Assembly: GCA_002269645.1 (NCBI GenBank)
Contig: NIVC01000922.1
Span: forward strand, 186,001-250,000
DNA: 64,000 nucleotides
From: Macrostomum lignano
Taxonomy: Eukaryota
Reading direction: 5' to 3'
Notes under the pieces: generated by a model
What the model was told of the DNA's origin: nothing
The model's database searches: none
The model's input: only the letters and a program-made list of their open reading frames with translations
Made by a program: the position numbers and the translations under genes
In this document: one piece after another, positions 52,064 to 63,854 of the stretch
Layout of the letters: each line of letters begins with the position of its first letter
How positions within the stretch are numbered: the stretch's first letter is position 1

Positions 52064-53254
52064 CCTCTGCTCTGAGTCTAGCCCTCTTTCCTGCCCAATG
52101 CTCACTGCCAAACGCTGCCCAGTTGCCATCGATCATTTGCAGTCATAAATCATATCCCCATGCACCCAAGACTCAAACATGTCTTCTGTCTAAATAGGCT
52201 CGTAAATCAAACAGGTATGATTTAGTTGTCACCTGCCGAATTCGGAGGCTCATAAAGAATTAGTAATTATGCGAGTTCGATGCTTGCAGCATTTCGCTTC
52301 ACCTCTCTTTTTGCTTTTTTTCCACCGGACCAGGAAGAGCAGATCAGATTTCCAAAGTGTGAGTTGTGTGCTTGGGCCGTTCTTCCTTTTTACTAATGAT
52401 GCTCGCTAGCAGTGCTGGCAGTGTAGAGTCACTGAGTTCTTTGCATGACTTTTAATCATTTTAAAAAGTATAATGACTGTACATACAGTTTTGTCGGGCG
52501 CTGATATGTGTTCCTTTTTTGGAGTTTTTTATGTCAGGGTGGCGTCACGCAAACAAAGCATGAAGTTATCTGTATTTTTTTAAATATTAAGACTTCAAGT
52601 GTGTACAGGAAGTGTACAAGCGGTGTACAGGAAGTGTACAAGATATTATTAGACAAGTACAATCTAGAAATTTGGAATGCGTGCAAAAAAAATATGCATA
52701 TTAGATGTGTGCAAAACAAGATTTGTACACGATATTCCGAGATATATACAGTATATTTTCATGATATGTACAAGATAGGAACAAGATGTATAAAGGTTTT
52801 GTACAAGTAATATACAAGCTGTACCTGGTGAAAGAAGTTTTGTAACCTTTTGGTAATTTTTATCACGATAGGTACAAGAAAGGGGCGTTATAAGTTCACG
52901 GAGAACTAATTAGGCCTGAAAGTTCTGTACATGAAGTGAGCATCGAGTTTTACTAGCAAGGACTGTTGCTCTTAAAATCTTCTCACAAAAAATAGCTCTA
53001 CCCTAACAGCCAGAAAGTCCATCCCAAATTTCCTGACTCATTTACTCAACCCTGCTCGGCAGAGCACGGCAAATAACATGCGCGGCCGCACTTTCTTGGC
53101 ATCATCGTGCACAAGAGGCCGTCGTTATCGAGTGGAGAACTCGGTCAAGGGTGTATGATGCATGGCAACACGCCTCATCCTCTTCTCCGTCTCTCTGTCT
53201 GTATTCGGTAAGCACTGCTTTTTAATTGAATATGTGCGTGAGTTTTACATCCCA

Positions 53255-55135
53255 CTCGCTGTCTACCCCTCTCCCTTACAGTCTACCCCTTCTCCCTTAC
53301 AGTCTACCCCTTCTCCCTTACAGTCTACCCCTTCTCCCTTACAGTCTACCCCTCTCCCTTACAGTCTACCCTCTCCTTCACAGTCTACCCCTTCTCCCTT
53401 ACAGTCTACCCCTCTCCCTTACAGTCTACCCCTCTCCCTTACAGTCTACCCCTCTCCCTTACAGTCTACCCCTCTCCCTTACAGTCTACCCCTCTCCCTT
53501 ACAGTCTACCCCTCTCCCTTACAGTCTACCCCTCTCCCTTACAGTCTACCCCTCTCCCTTACAGTCTACCCCTCTCCCTTACAGTCTACCCCTCTCCCTT
53601 ACAGTCTACCCCTCTCCCTTACAGTCTACCCCTCTCCCTCACAGTCTACCCCTCTCCCTTACAGTCTACCCCTCTCCCTCACAGTCTACCCCTCTCCCAC
53701 ACAGTCTACCCCTCTCCCTCACAGTCTACCCCTCTCCCTTACAGTCTACCCCTCTCCCTCACAGTCTACCCCTCTCCCTCACAGTCTACTCCCTCTCCCT
53801 TACAGTCTACCCTCTCCCTTACAGTCTACCCTCTCCCTTACAGTCTACCCCTCTCCCTTACAGTCTACCCCTCTCCCTTACAGTCTACCCCTCTCCCACA
53901 CAGTCTACCCCTTCTCCCTTACAGTCTACCCCTCTCCCTTACAGTCTACCCCTCTCCCTTACAGTCTACCCCTCTCCCTTACAATCTACCCCTCTCCCTC
54001 ACAGTCTACCCCTCTCCCTTACAGTCTACCCCTCTCCCTCACAGTCTACCCCTCTCCCACACAGTCTACCCCTCTCCCTCACAGTCTACCCCTCTCCCTT
54101 ACAGTCTACCCCTCTCCCTCACAGTCTACCCCTCTCCCTCACAGTCTACTCCCTCTCCCTTACAGTCTACCCTCTCCCTTACAGTCTACCCTCTCCCTTA
54201 CAGTCTACCCCTCTCCCTTACAGTCTACCCCTCTCCCTTACAGTCTACCCCTTCTCCCTTACAGTCTACCCCTCTCCCTTACAGTCTACCCCTCTCCCTT
54301 ACAGTCTACCCCTCTCCCTTACAGTCTACCCCTCTCCCTTACAGTCTACCCCTCTCCCTTACAGTCTACCCCTCTCCCTTACAGTCTACCCCTCTCCCTT
54401 ACAGTCTACCCCTTCTCCCTTACAGTCTACCCCTCTCCCTTACAGTCTACCCCTCTCCCTTACAGTCTACCCCTCTCCCTTACAGTCTACCCCTCTCCCT
54501 TACAGTCTACCCCTCTCCCTTACAGTCTACCCCTCTCCCTCACAGTCTACCCCTCTCCCACACAGTCTACCCCTCTCCCTCACAGTCTACCCCTCTCCCT
54601 CACAGTCTACCCCTCTCCCTCACAGTCTACTCCCTCTCCCTTACAGTCTACCCCTCTCCCACACAGTCTACCCCTCTCCCTCACAGTCTACCCCTCTCCC
54701 TTACAGTCTACCCCTCTCCCTCACAGTCTACCCCTCTCCCTTACAGTCTACCCCTCTCCCTCACAGTCTACCCCTCTCCCTTACAGTCTACCCCTCTCCC
54801 ACACAGTCTACCCCTCTCCCTTACAGTCTACCCCTCTCCCTTACAGTCTACCCCTCTCCATCACAGTCTACCCCTCTCCCTTACAGTCTACCCCTCTCCC
54901 TTACAGTCTACCCCTCTCCCACACAGTCTACCCCTCTCCCTCACAGTCTACCCCTCTCCCTTACAGTCTACCCCTCTCCCTCACAGTCTACCCCTCTCCC
55001 ACACAGTCTACTCCCTCTCTCTCAGTCTATCCCCTCTCCCACACAGTCTACTCCCTCTCTCTCAGTCTATCCCCTCTCCCACACAGTCTACCCACTGCCC
55101 CTCACTGTTTATCCCTTCTCCCTCACAGTCTATCC
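53255..55135 (+). repeat. 20-bp minisatellite ACAGTCTACCCCTCTCCCTY
   Basis: About 93 copies, degenerating at the right end. Confidence 0.97.
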
Positions 55136-55549
55136 TCTAACATTAACAAACTTATCCTTCTCCGCTCTAGCCGCAAATACTGAGTAAATATTCTTGGACT
55201 TTAAGAAGCCCCAAACAAGATTTCTTCTCGGCCGAGTGGGCTATCATCGCGGATCTGTGTCTGACCCCCTGTCCCCAGCGTCCCCAATCCGTCGGACGGA
55301 TGGGCTGCGCCTATTTTGATTAGAAGCTTAAGATCCCTCCCGTCTCCGGGATCTGGGATCAAGGCGGTATCGAGGGGACACTCATCAACGGCCGAAATCT
55401 TTTCTGTTGGGCTGTGATCTTCCAAACCGTGACTCTGAATCCTTTCGTACTTTCGTCTGTGGCGTTTGCTGTTTTGATCGTCTGAATTCAAACCGAACTT
55501 ATAAGCAGGATAGGTTTAAGAGTAGGGTTCAAAGTATTAGTAGACTTTG

Positions 55550-55850
55550 AGAGAGAGAGGGGTAAGTTGTGAAAGAGAGAGGGGTAGGTTGCGAGGGAGA
55601 GTAGTAGATTGTGAGTGAGAGTGGTAGATTGTGAGGGAGAGTGGTAGATTGTGAGTGAGAGTGGTAGATTGTGAGGGAGAGTGGTAGATTGTGAGGGAGA
55701 GTGGTAGATTGTGAGGGAGAGTGGTAGATTGTGAGGGAGAGTGGTAAATTGTGAGGGAGAGTGGTAGATTGTGAGGGAGAGGGGTAGATTGTGAGGGAGA
55801 GTGGTAGATTGTGAGGGCGAGGGGTAGATTGTAAGTGGGAGAGAGGGGGA
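55550..55850 (-). repeat. 20-bp minisatellite GTGAGGGAGAGTGGTAGATT, an inverted relative of the 53255-55135 array
   Basis: Reverse complement ACAATCTACCACTCTCCCTC matches the neighbouring unit at 18 of 20 positions. Confidence 0.92.
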
Positions 55851-56087
55851 GATTGGGAAGAAGAGTGGCAGATTGGGCTTTTTTCCAATGACAAAGAAAC
55901 TAAAACGCTGATTCACACGGGCGGATAGTACGAAGTATAATCTGAAAACACTTTAATCATATAAAAATTCTTAAACGACATTAACACTGAAAAAAATTTA
56001 ATCGAAGCAAAGGTGACTGGACAAAGTTGCATTGAAGATTGTGTACCACTCTACTTATTGGTCATGCAGTTGGGAAACTGAATTGGA

Positions 56088-57633
56088 TCAGTAGTCAAAC
56101 TGATTTGGTTGAAACGGCTGCTGCTGCTGCTGTTGAAGATAAGGTTGATGAAGCTGATTAAACTGTTGCTGCGACCAAGATTGCAACTGCTGCTGCAGCT
56201 GCGGCTGCCGAGTCTGCATCTGCATCATTGGTGGTAGGCAGAAACTCCTGCTGTCCTCTGCCGCCCCCTGCCGATCCGTCTGCGCCTGATGAGCGCCACT
56301 TCGCTGCGGTTTGCTGTCGAAATTGCCGATCACTAAAGCCGACGACTCCTCCTCGCGCGGATCTCGACGGTGGCGTTCAGTCAGCGGGATGCTCTCCGAC
56401 CGGTTGCGTCTGTCGACGTCCTCTTCAGCGTCGTCTTCGTCGTCGAGTCTACCGATTATCTTCCGATCGTCCGGGTTGCCAACGAAGTACAGATAGCGCT
56501 TGAAGGCCAGCACCGACTGCAGGCAGCTGGCCGCGATCTGGGAGCTGTGAGCCGCCACGGAGACCACGTGCAGGAAGATTCGCTTGTCCGAGCCGCGACA
56601 GCGCTCGTCGCATCCGGTTGTGTCAGCCGCTGCGGCGTAGTATCTGCGCAGGAACGTGCAGATTGTGAGAGAGCGCATGCTTAGCGAATTGTACGTAAAG
56701 TACGTCGAGATTGCAGGAAGCGATTTAGTATAGGTGGACTAGTACACTCTGGCCCCCCTTTGGGAGCGGAACTGAATGAAGCCAGAAAATTCAGCACTTA
56801 TCCCGCAAGAAATTGATTTGAAATGCAAAACTTTTCTAAATTACTTTACAGTGATTAAGACACATTAAGTGACTAAGACCCGTCTTACTTAGAGGGGCAT
56901 TAACAACGACGACAACAACAAAAAAGGGCACTAAGACGCAACACTTAGACACAGTAGCGCATCAGCTACGAGCTAGTTCGCATAGGTCAATGAGGCATCA
57001 AAGCCCTTAAAATCAGTCCGTTTAAATGCTGTCACGCTTCGGGTCAATGATGTAATATCGATTTTCAGAACTGTAAAACTTGGTGTCAAAAACATGGCAG
57101 TGAGTGCTAGAGCCGTCAAAAAGGGTATCATGACTATTCTTCGGAACAAAGTTGAAAATGCGTCAGTAAAACAAACTCTTAAAAAAAACAAACCTTTTCA
57201 AATCGGACTCGACCAGAATGCCAACCACAGACATGCCGATAGCCATGAGGCCCAGCATCGCCGCCAGCAGGCTCAGCACCATGCCGCCGATCGCTAGTCG
57301 CGCCTCCGCCAGTCGCATCCTGGCCGCCGCCACCGCCAGCAGCCCATTAGCCGCGTAGAAGGCGCCGGTCCAAGCGCCGACAGCCAGGAATCCGGCGAAG
57401 CAGAACTCGAACCGGCAGGCCAGGGAAGCCGCCACCGCGGCGCCGCCTGAGGCCACTTGGACGAAGCCGGCGGCTTGTGCGCGACGGGCGAACGGCGTCC
57501 GGCGTCTGCTGGCGCCTCCGCGGCGTCGATGCTGACGGCGGCGACGTCGGGCGGCGGCTGCGCCGGCCGAGCTCGAAGAACCTGCCGCGTCTGTTGAGGA
57601 ACCGCAGGAAGCGGAACGGAGAGTGCGGCACAT
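56088..57633 (-). CDS. CD20/MS4A-like four-transmembrane protein with Gln-rich C-terminal tail, 2 exons, 331 aa
   Basis: Exons 57633-57194 and 56643-56088, phase-2 GT-AG intron, total 996 nt in frame. TM1 GFVQVASGGAAVAASL, TM2 GAWTGAFYAANGLLAV, TM3 GMVLSLLAAMLGLMAIGMSVVGILV, a Cys-containing loop, TM4 IFLHVVSVAAHSSQIAASCLQSVL. Family assignment rests on motif pattern only. Confidence 0.65.
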
Positions 57634-58429
57634 GACTGCCTGTCTGTCCTTTTGCCTGTTTCAGTGTCTTTCGTAGCGTCTGTGTCTTTTGTTTTTTCAA
57701 GGGCCGTTCCGTTAGATTCTTCTCTCAACGTTCGCAGCCTCAGAGTGATTAATATATGAGTAGTTCTTTCAACTTTTTGCAATTCTCTGTCATTCCTACG
57801 AGTACCTTGATGCTACCGTTTTAGCTAAATTAACCTTGTTTGTTTCCACCAGTCTGTTCCTCGCAACGAACGATATTTTTGTCTTTAGTACATTTCTCCA
57901 GCTTGAGTCGCTTGAGCTAATTGACGTACCAAATGCGCTTTGCACTCTTTGCTATCGGCGGTGAAACACGCAAAGGACAGGAGGCCAGAGCAGAGGCAAA
58001 TCGTGTAGGTTAGAGAAAAGGTCTCACAATTTCTGCCCTCAAAAATGGGGAAGGAATGAAAAATTAACTAAAAAAGATGAGGCGGATCTGTTCCCTCTTC
58101 TTCGCAGGCGGCAGGAGTTTGGGATGGGGAAAAGTGAGAATTGAGGATGCGGGAAGACAGCCATGCGCGTTCTGGGGATATATGGCCGTCATAAACCACC
58201 CCATCTGGGAAGATAGGCCCAGAGCGACCCAGATTTGTCAGCTAGAGGTTCTTCTTCTCTTCACTGACTTTCTCACCCTCCGTCTTCTCCTGCTGTGTGC
58301 TGCGTCTTCCCGCCAAAGCTTTCGATTGGCTAAAAACTGAGTCCGTATGCTCACGTATAGCTTAATGGAATAAATTACTGCGGCAAAAAAGAGACTGGTA
58401 GAGAAACAATTATAATGATATGCTGCAGG

Positions 58430-60325
58430 GTGGTTTCTGAGATTCCAATGGGCTCAATGGTGGTTTCTGAGCTTCTAATGGGCTCAATGGTGGTTTCTGA
58501 GATTCCAATGTGCTCAATGGTGGTTTCTGAGATTCCAATGGGCTCAATGGTGGTTTCTGAGATTCTAATGGGCTCAATGGTGGTTTCTGAGATTCCAATG
58601 GGCTCAATGGTGGTTTCTGAGATTCCAATGGGCTCAATGGTGGTTTCTGAGATTCCAATGGGCTCAATGGTGGTTTCTGAGATTCCAATGTGCTCAATGG
58701 TGGTTTCTGTTATTCTAATGGGCTCAATGGTGGTTTCTGAGATTCCAATGGGCTCAATGGTGGTTTCTGAGATTCTAATGGGCTCAATGGTGGTTTCTGA
58801 GATTCCAATGGGCTCAATGGTGGTTTCTGAGATTCCAATGGGCTCAATGGTAGTTTCTGAGATTCCAATGGGCTCAATGGTGGTTTCTGAGATTCTAATG
58901 GGCTCAATGGTGGTTTCTGAGATTCTAATGGGCTCAATGGTGGTTTCTGAGATTCCAATGGGCTCAATGGTGGTTTCTGAGATTCCAATGGGCTCAATGG
59001 TAGTTTCTGAGATTCCAATGGGCTCAATGATAGTTTCTGAGATTCCAATGGGCTCAATGGTGGTTTCTGAGATTCCAATGGGCTCAATGGTAGTTTCTGA
59101 GCTTCTAATGGGCTCAATGGTGGTTTCTGAGACTCCAATGGGCTCAATGGCAGTTTCTGAGCTTCTAATGGGCTCAATGGTGGTTTCTGAGATTCCAATG
59201 GGCTCAATGATAGTTTCTGAGACTCCAATGGGCTCAATGGTAGTTTCTGAGATTCCAATGGGCTCAATGGTGGTTTCTGAGCTTCTAATGGGCTCAATGG
59301 TGGTTTCTGAGATTCCAATGGGCTCAATGGTGGTTTCTGAGATTCCAATGGGCTCAATGGTGGTTTCTGAGATTCTAATGTGCTCAATGGTGGTTTCTGA
59401 GATTCCAATGGGCTCAATGGTGGTTTCTGAGATTCCAATGGGCTCAATGGTGGTTTCTGAGATTCCAATGGGCTCAATGGTGGTTTCTGAGATTCCAATG
59501 GGCTCAATGGTGGTTTCTGAGATTCCAATGGGCTCAATGGTAGTTTCTGAGATTCCAATGGGCTCAATGGTGGTTTCTGAGATTCTAATGGGCTCAATGG
59601 TAGTTTCTGAGATTCCAATGGGCTCAATGGTGGTTTCTGAGACTCCAATGGGCTCAATGGTGGTTTCTGAGATTCCAATGGGCTCAATGGTGGTTTCTGA
59701 GATTCCAATGGGCTCAATGGTGGTTTCTGAGATTCCAATGGGCTCAATGGTAGTTTCTGTTATTCCAATGGGCTCAATGGTAGTTTCTGAGATTCCAATG
59801 GGCTCAATGGTGGTTTCTGAGACTCCAATGGGCTCAATGGTGGTTTCTGAGATTCCAATGGGCTCAATGGTAGTTTCTGAGATTCCAATGGGCTCAATGG
59901 TAGTTTCTGTTATTCCAATGGGCTCAATGGTAGTTTCTGAGATTCCAATGGGCTCAATGGTGGTTTCTGAGACTCCAATGGGCTCAATGGTGGTTTCTGA
60001 GATTCCAATGGGCTCAATGGTAGTTTCTGAGATTCCAATGGGCTCAATGGTGGTTTCTGTTATTCCAATGGGCTCAATGGTAGTTTCTGAGATTCCAATG
60101 GGCTCAATGGTGGTTTCTGAGACTCCAATGGGCTCAATGGTGGTTTCTGAGATTCCAATGGGCTCAATGGTGGTTTCTGAGATTCCAATGGGCTCAATGG
60201 TAGTTTCTGTTATTCCAATGGGCTCAATGGTAGTTTCTGAGATTCCAATGGGCTCAATGGTGGTTTCTGAGACTCCAATGGGCTCAATGGTGGTTTCTGA
60301 GATTCCAATGGGCTCAATGGTAGTA
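58430..60325. repeat. 30-bp minisatellite TCTGAGATTCCAATGGGCTCAATGGTGGTT with a 150-bp higher-order period at its right end
   Basis: About 63 copies; variant units recur every 150 bp from about 59750. Confidence 0.97.
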
Positions 60326-60619
60326 GATCGTTTGCACGCCTTCACACCAATGTAAACTAAGCAGAAGGCAGGTTTGAACTGGTCCAGGAAATCACGAGTT
60401 AGCTAAAGCCATCCGAGTTTTTTTATTTGATATTACGATGTACGCTAGCGAATGTACGCCTGAGCATGATACGCCTGAGTACACGCGTACGCGAGAGCGA
60501 AACTGTACAACTGGGATTTCTATGCTCAAAGAGAGAGAAGAATTATCAAACCTATTAGCATAGGCACATACATGTAAGTGTAGTAAATGAAGAATGAAGA
60601 AAGAAGCCATTACAGTGGC

Positions 60620-61455
60620 ATGACATGGCTACATCCACATTGGAGATCAAGGATGTTAACATGGCTACATGCACATGGGAGATCAAGGATGTTAACATGG
60701 CTACATGCACATTGGAGATCAAGGATGTTAACATGGCTACTTGCACATGGGAGATCAAGGATGTTTACATGGCTACATGCACATCGGAGATCAAGGATGT
60801 TTACATGGCTACATGCACATCGGAGATCAAGGATGTTTACATGGCTACATGCACATCGGAGATCAAGGATGTTTACATGGCTACATGCACATCGGAGATC
60901 AAGGATGTTTACATGGCTACATGCACTTCGGAGATCAAGGATGTTTACATGGCTACATGCACTTCGGAGATCAAGGATGTTTACATGGCTACATGCACAT
61001 CGGAGATCAAGGATGTTTACATGGCTACATGCACATTGGAGATCAAGGATGTTTACATGGCTACATGCACATCGGAGATCAAGGATGTTTACATGGCTAC
61101 ATGCACTTCGGAGATCAAGGATGTTTACATGGCTACATGCACTTCGGAGATCAAGGATGTTTACATGGCTACATGCACTTCGGAGATCAAGGATGTTTAC
61201 ATGGCTACATGCACATCGGAGATCAAGGATGTTTACATGGCTACATGCACATTGGAGATCAAGGATGTTTACATGGCTACATGCACATTGGAGATCAAGG
61301 ATGTTTACATGGCTACATGCACATCGGAGATCAAGGATGTTTACATGGCTACATGCACATCGGAGATCAAGGATGTTTACATGGCTACATGCACTTCGGA
61401 GATCAAGGATGTTTACATGGCTACATGCACATCGGAGATCAAGGATGTTGACATA
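60620..61455. repeat. 36-bp minisatellite ATGGCTACATGCACATCGGAGATCAAGGATGTTTAC
   Basis: About 23 copies, ending ~150 bp from the TRP-like stop codon. Confidence 0.97.
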
Positions 61456-61600
61456 TAAATTTGGCAAACTTTTGGAGTGGAAAAGCTTGTGCGTTAAACT
61501 ACTTCTAGTAGCAATCTACCGTAATGAATTGCAGCACGCAAACAGGAAAAAGTAGTCTAAGTTATTAAAACTCAAGGAGTTGACGTGGAATATTTAAAAA

Positions 61601-63508
61601 TTATACAATCACGTTGCGAACGCCAATCCTCGTTCTCGCCTTCTTTACCAGCAAAGTTGGTCTCTGCTTCAACCGACACAGCCGCTTCCTGACAATGCTC
61701 ATTGCCAGACAGTGCAGATGCCAGTAGCCAAGCAGCTGCATCTTCTGACGATAGACAATGTTCTCGTCCAGTTCGGATATCTTCTGTGTGATGAGGGCCA
61801 CGCAGAAGTTCAATAGAAACACGGCGATAAACACATAGTAAACTGGCTGCACCCAGACCAGCAGTGTGGCGCCGGAGCCCACAAAATCAGCCTGACCGAA
61901 AATGAACCGACAAGCCGATGCGAGGTACTCAGCTAATATGGAGACAAAGCTGGCGTCCCGCGGCACATAAGGATAGCAGATTAGCACGGTGAGGCTGAAC
62001 AGGAACACGGGAAAGAAGCTCATGTAGAGGATCTTGATAGACTGCTGCATACCGATGAGGATGTGAGCAAATAGTTCATAGTAGTAAGACAAGCAGCTGA
62101 CAGCTAGGATGAGAACCTGCTGCAGTATGAGCATGAAAAAGGTGTACATGAACTTCAACGAGTCGGCAGAAATGTACAGCTGTCCGTTCTCAACTGTGTA
62201 GAAGTAATCAGTGTAGATGAACATCGCCTCTATGAACATCATCAGCAGGTGAAAGAGGAGACTGCCAGATATCAGGCTGTCGGTGGCGTTGCTCAACGTC
62301 ATCACGCTAGCAATCCACTGGAGCAGCAACCAATTTCGACGCACTGTCGGTGGCAGCAGACGGTTGGTGTAGAAGGACACCGCTAGGAAGATTATAAAGA
62401 TAAACAAGAATACGAGTTGCAGAGCGAATCGCGCGTAGAACAGACCGCGCATAGCCGATAGAGCAGCCTGAGGCATTTGGGTCAGGTACAGCACGTGCGT
62501 CTCATTTAGCCCGGCAACCTGAGCTATATTGCTCGAATTGAACTCTCCTCTAGTGAACACTCTGGCCGTCAGAGTGAGCACGTTGAGAAAATAGCAAAGA
62601 ATCATGAGGAAAATCTGCGCGAATGCGTGCTTCGACTTCAGCGTCCACTCCCCCATTGCGTTGAAGTAGGCCTGGGCCGCTGGGCTGTGGTAGAAGTTGC
62701 GCCAACTGCCCGGAATTCGTCTGTCCTTGGCGGCCTTCTCGTTCGCCATGGCGAAGTAGAGAAACGGCGACTTGCTCATCCGCGGCCCGCCGGCCCAGTG
62801 GTAGGGAGTCAAGTCGAACTCTTCAATGGCAACTCGTTCGGACTTAACAACAGTCCTCACGTAGCCAGGCGCCTCCAGGTAGACTCTGGCCAGGTGGAAT
62901 TTGCGCCACAGCGCCGCGTACTCCACCGGTCGCAGGCGGCTTGTCGTCGCCTCCTGGTTGAGCATCTCCAGGCACCGGCTGGGCTGAATTGCAGCCAGCT
63001 GAGCGAACAGCTCGGCTAATTTTAACTCAACCTGCTCAGACTCGAAACTGTCTCTATCGTCAAAACTGTCGGAAGAGTTCCTGTTGCAGCAGCAGCAGCA
63101 GAAGTCCACCAGTTGGAAGAGGGTCGGCCTCAGGACTCGACAGGCGTCAACTGCAGGCGATTTGGACAGCAGCTCCACGGCTGCGGACACCACCTGGAGG
63201 TTTCCTGTGATGAACAGTTCCAGCATGGGCGTTACAGAAAGGCTTTCTAGCTGATTAGGCGTGTCGGCGACTCTCAACGGACTGCTGAGCGAGTAGGTGA
63301 GCAATGATGAAGCAGACGGACTCAGTAAGATTATTAGTTGATGCGAGGTCAGCTTCTCCATGCTGACGACAAACTCGTCATAGTGCTTCGTGTACAGAAG
63401 CTCCATCATCTCGGGCCGGAAATGCCCCGCCTGCCAAATTATCCTTGGCTGCTGACTGTCCATCAGCAGTGGAGCGACGCGGTTGAAACTTCGTGGGATT
63501 TTTGACAT
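61601..63508 (-). CDS. Divergent TRPV-like cation channel, single long coding exon (about 635 aa from ATG 63508)
   Basis: Uninterrupted ORF with an ankyrin-like LRPVEYAALWRKFHLARVYLE, an EFDLT motif, about six hydrophobic segments, S5 ILYMSFFPVFLFSLTVLI, pore helix/filter YLASACRFIFGQADF (compare TRPV1 LFKFTIGMGDL), S6 YYVFIAVFLLNFCVALIT (compare LLLNMLIALM) and TRP-box-like ENIVYRQKMQLL. Upstream exons cannot be excluded. Confidence 0.72.
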   Translation of the reverse strand: MSKIPRSFNRVAPLLMDSQQPRIIWQAGHFRPEMMELLYTKHYDEFVVSMEKLTSHQLIILLSPSASSLLTYSLSSPLRVADTPNQLESLSVTPMLELFITGNLQVVSAAVELLSKSPAVDACRVLRPTLFQLVDFCCCCCNRNSSDSFDDRDSFESEQVELKLAELFAQLAAIQPSRCLEMLNQEATTSRLRPVEYAALWRKFHLARVYLEAPGYVRTVVKSERVAIEEFDLTPYHWAGGPRMSKSPFLYFAMANEKAAKDRRIPGSWRNFYHSPAAQAYFNAMGEWTLKSKHAFAQIFLMILCYFLNVLTLTARVFTRGEFNSSNIAQVAGLNETHVLYLTQMPQAALSAMRGLFYARFALQLVFLFIFIIFLAVSFYTNRLLPPTVRRNWLLLQWIASVMTLSNATDSLISGSLLFHLLMMFIEAMFIYTDYFYTVENGQLYISADSLKFMYTFFMLILQQVLILAVSCLSYYYELFAHILIGMQQSIKILYMSFFPVFLFSLTVLICYPYVPRDASFVSILAEYLASACRFIFGQADFVGSGATLLVWVQPVYYVFIAVFLLNFCVALITQKISELDENIVYRQKMQLLGYWHLHCLAMSIVRKRLCRLKQRPTLLVKKARTRIGVRNVIV

Positions 63509-63854
63509 TGGGGAATGTAAAATTATGCTACAGAGCAATAGGACAGTGTCTGGAATTGGGAAACTTCTTCAGGATCGTTGCTTTATCAGCAGCTTCGAGA
63601 CCAGAAATTTATTGGATTCTGGATTTACATCATCCTTTCGGAAAGCCTTATCTAAGTTCTTTTGATTGCTGCTCGGATTATTCAGGTACTTCTAACTGTC
63701 AGAAAAGAAGCCAGGGGCACTGATAGTATCCCAAGTGAGGGGAGGTAATCGTACGCGCACTGAGACAGACTTTGATATTAGAGTTAAAGCGACATTGCTT
63801 GCATGGGAGGGAGAAGGCACTGGAATATCAGGGGTCAGTGTTGTGACGAGGGAA

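Noticed and set aside
53050-53215. GC-rich segment ending in a GTAAGC donor-like site
   Set aside because: One open frame but no recognisable protein and no partner exons.
53162-55187. 650-670-aa P/S/L-rich ORFs
   Set aside because: The 20-bp unit cycles through all frames; pyrimidine-rich units cannot form many stops.
60587-61555. ORFs such as (MATCTSEIKDVY)n resembling metal-binding repeats
   Set aside because: 36-bp tandem array open in four frames, with no unique coding flanks.
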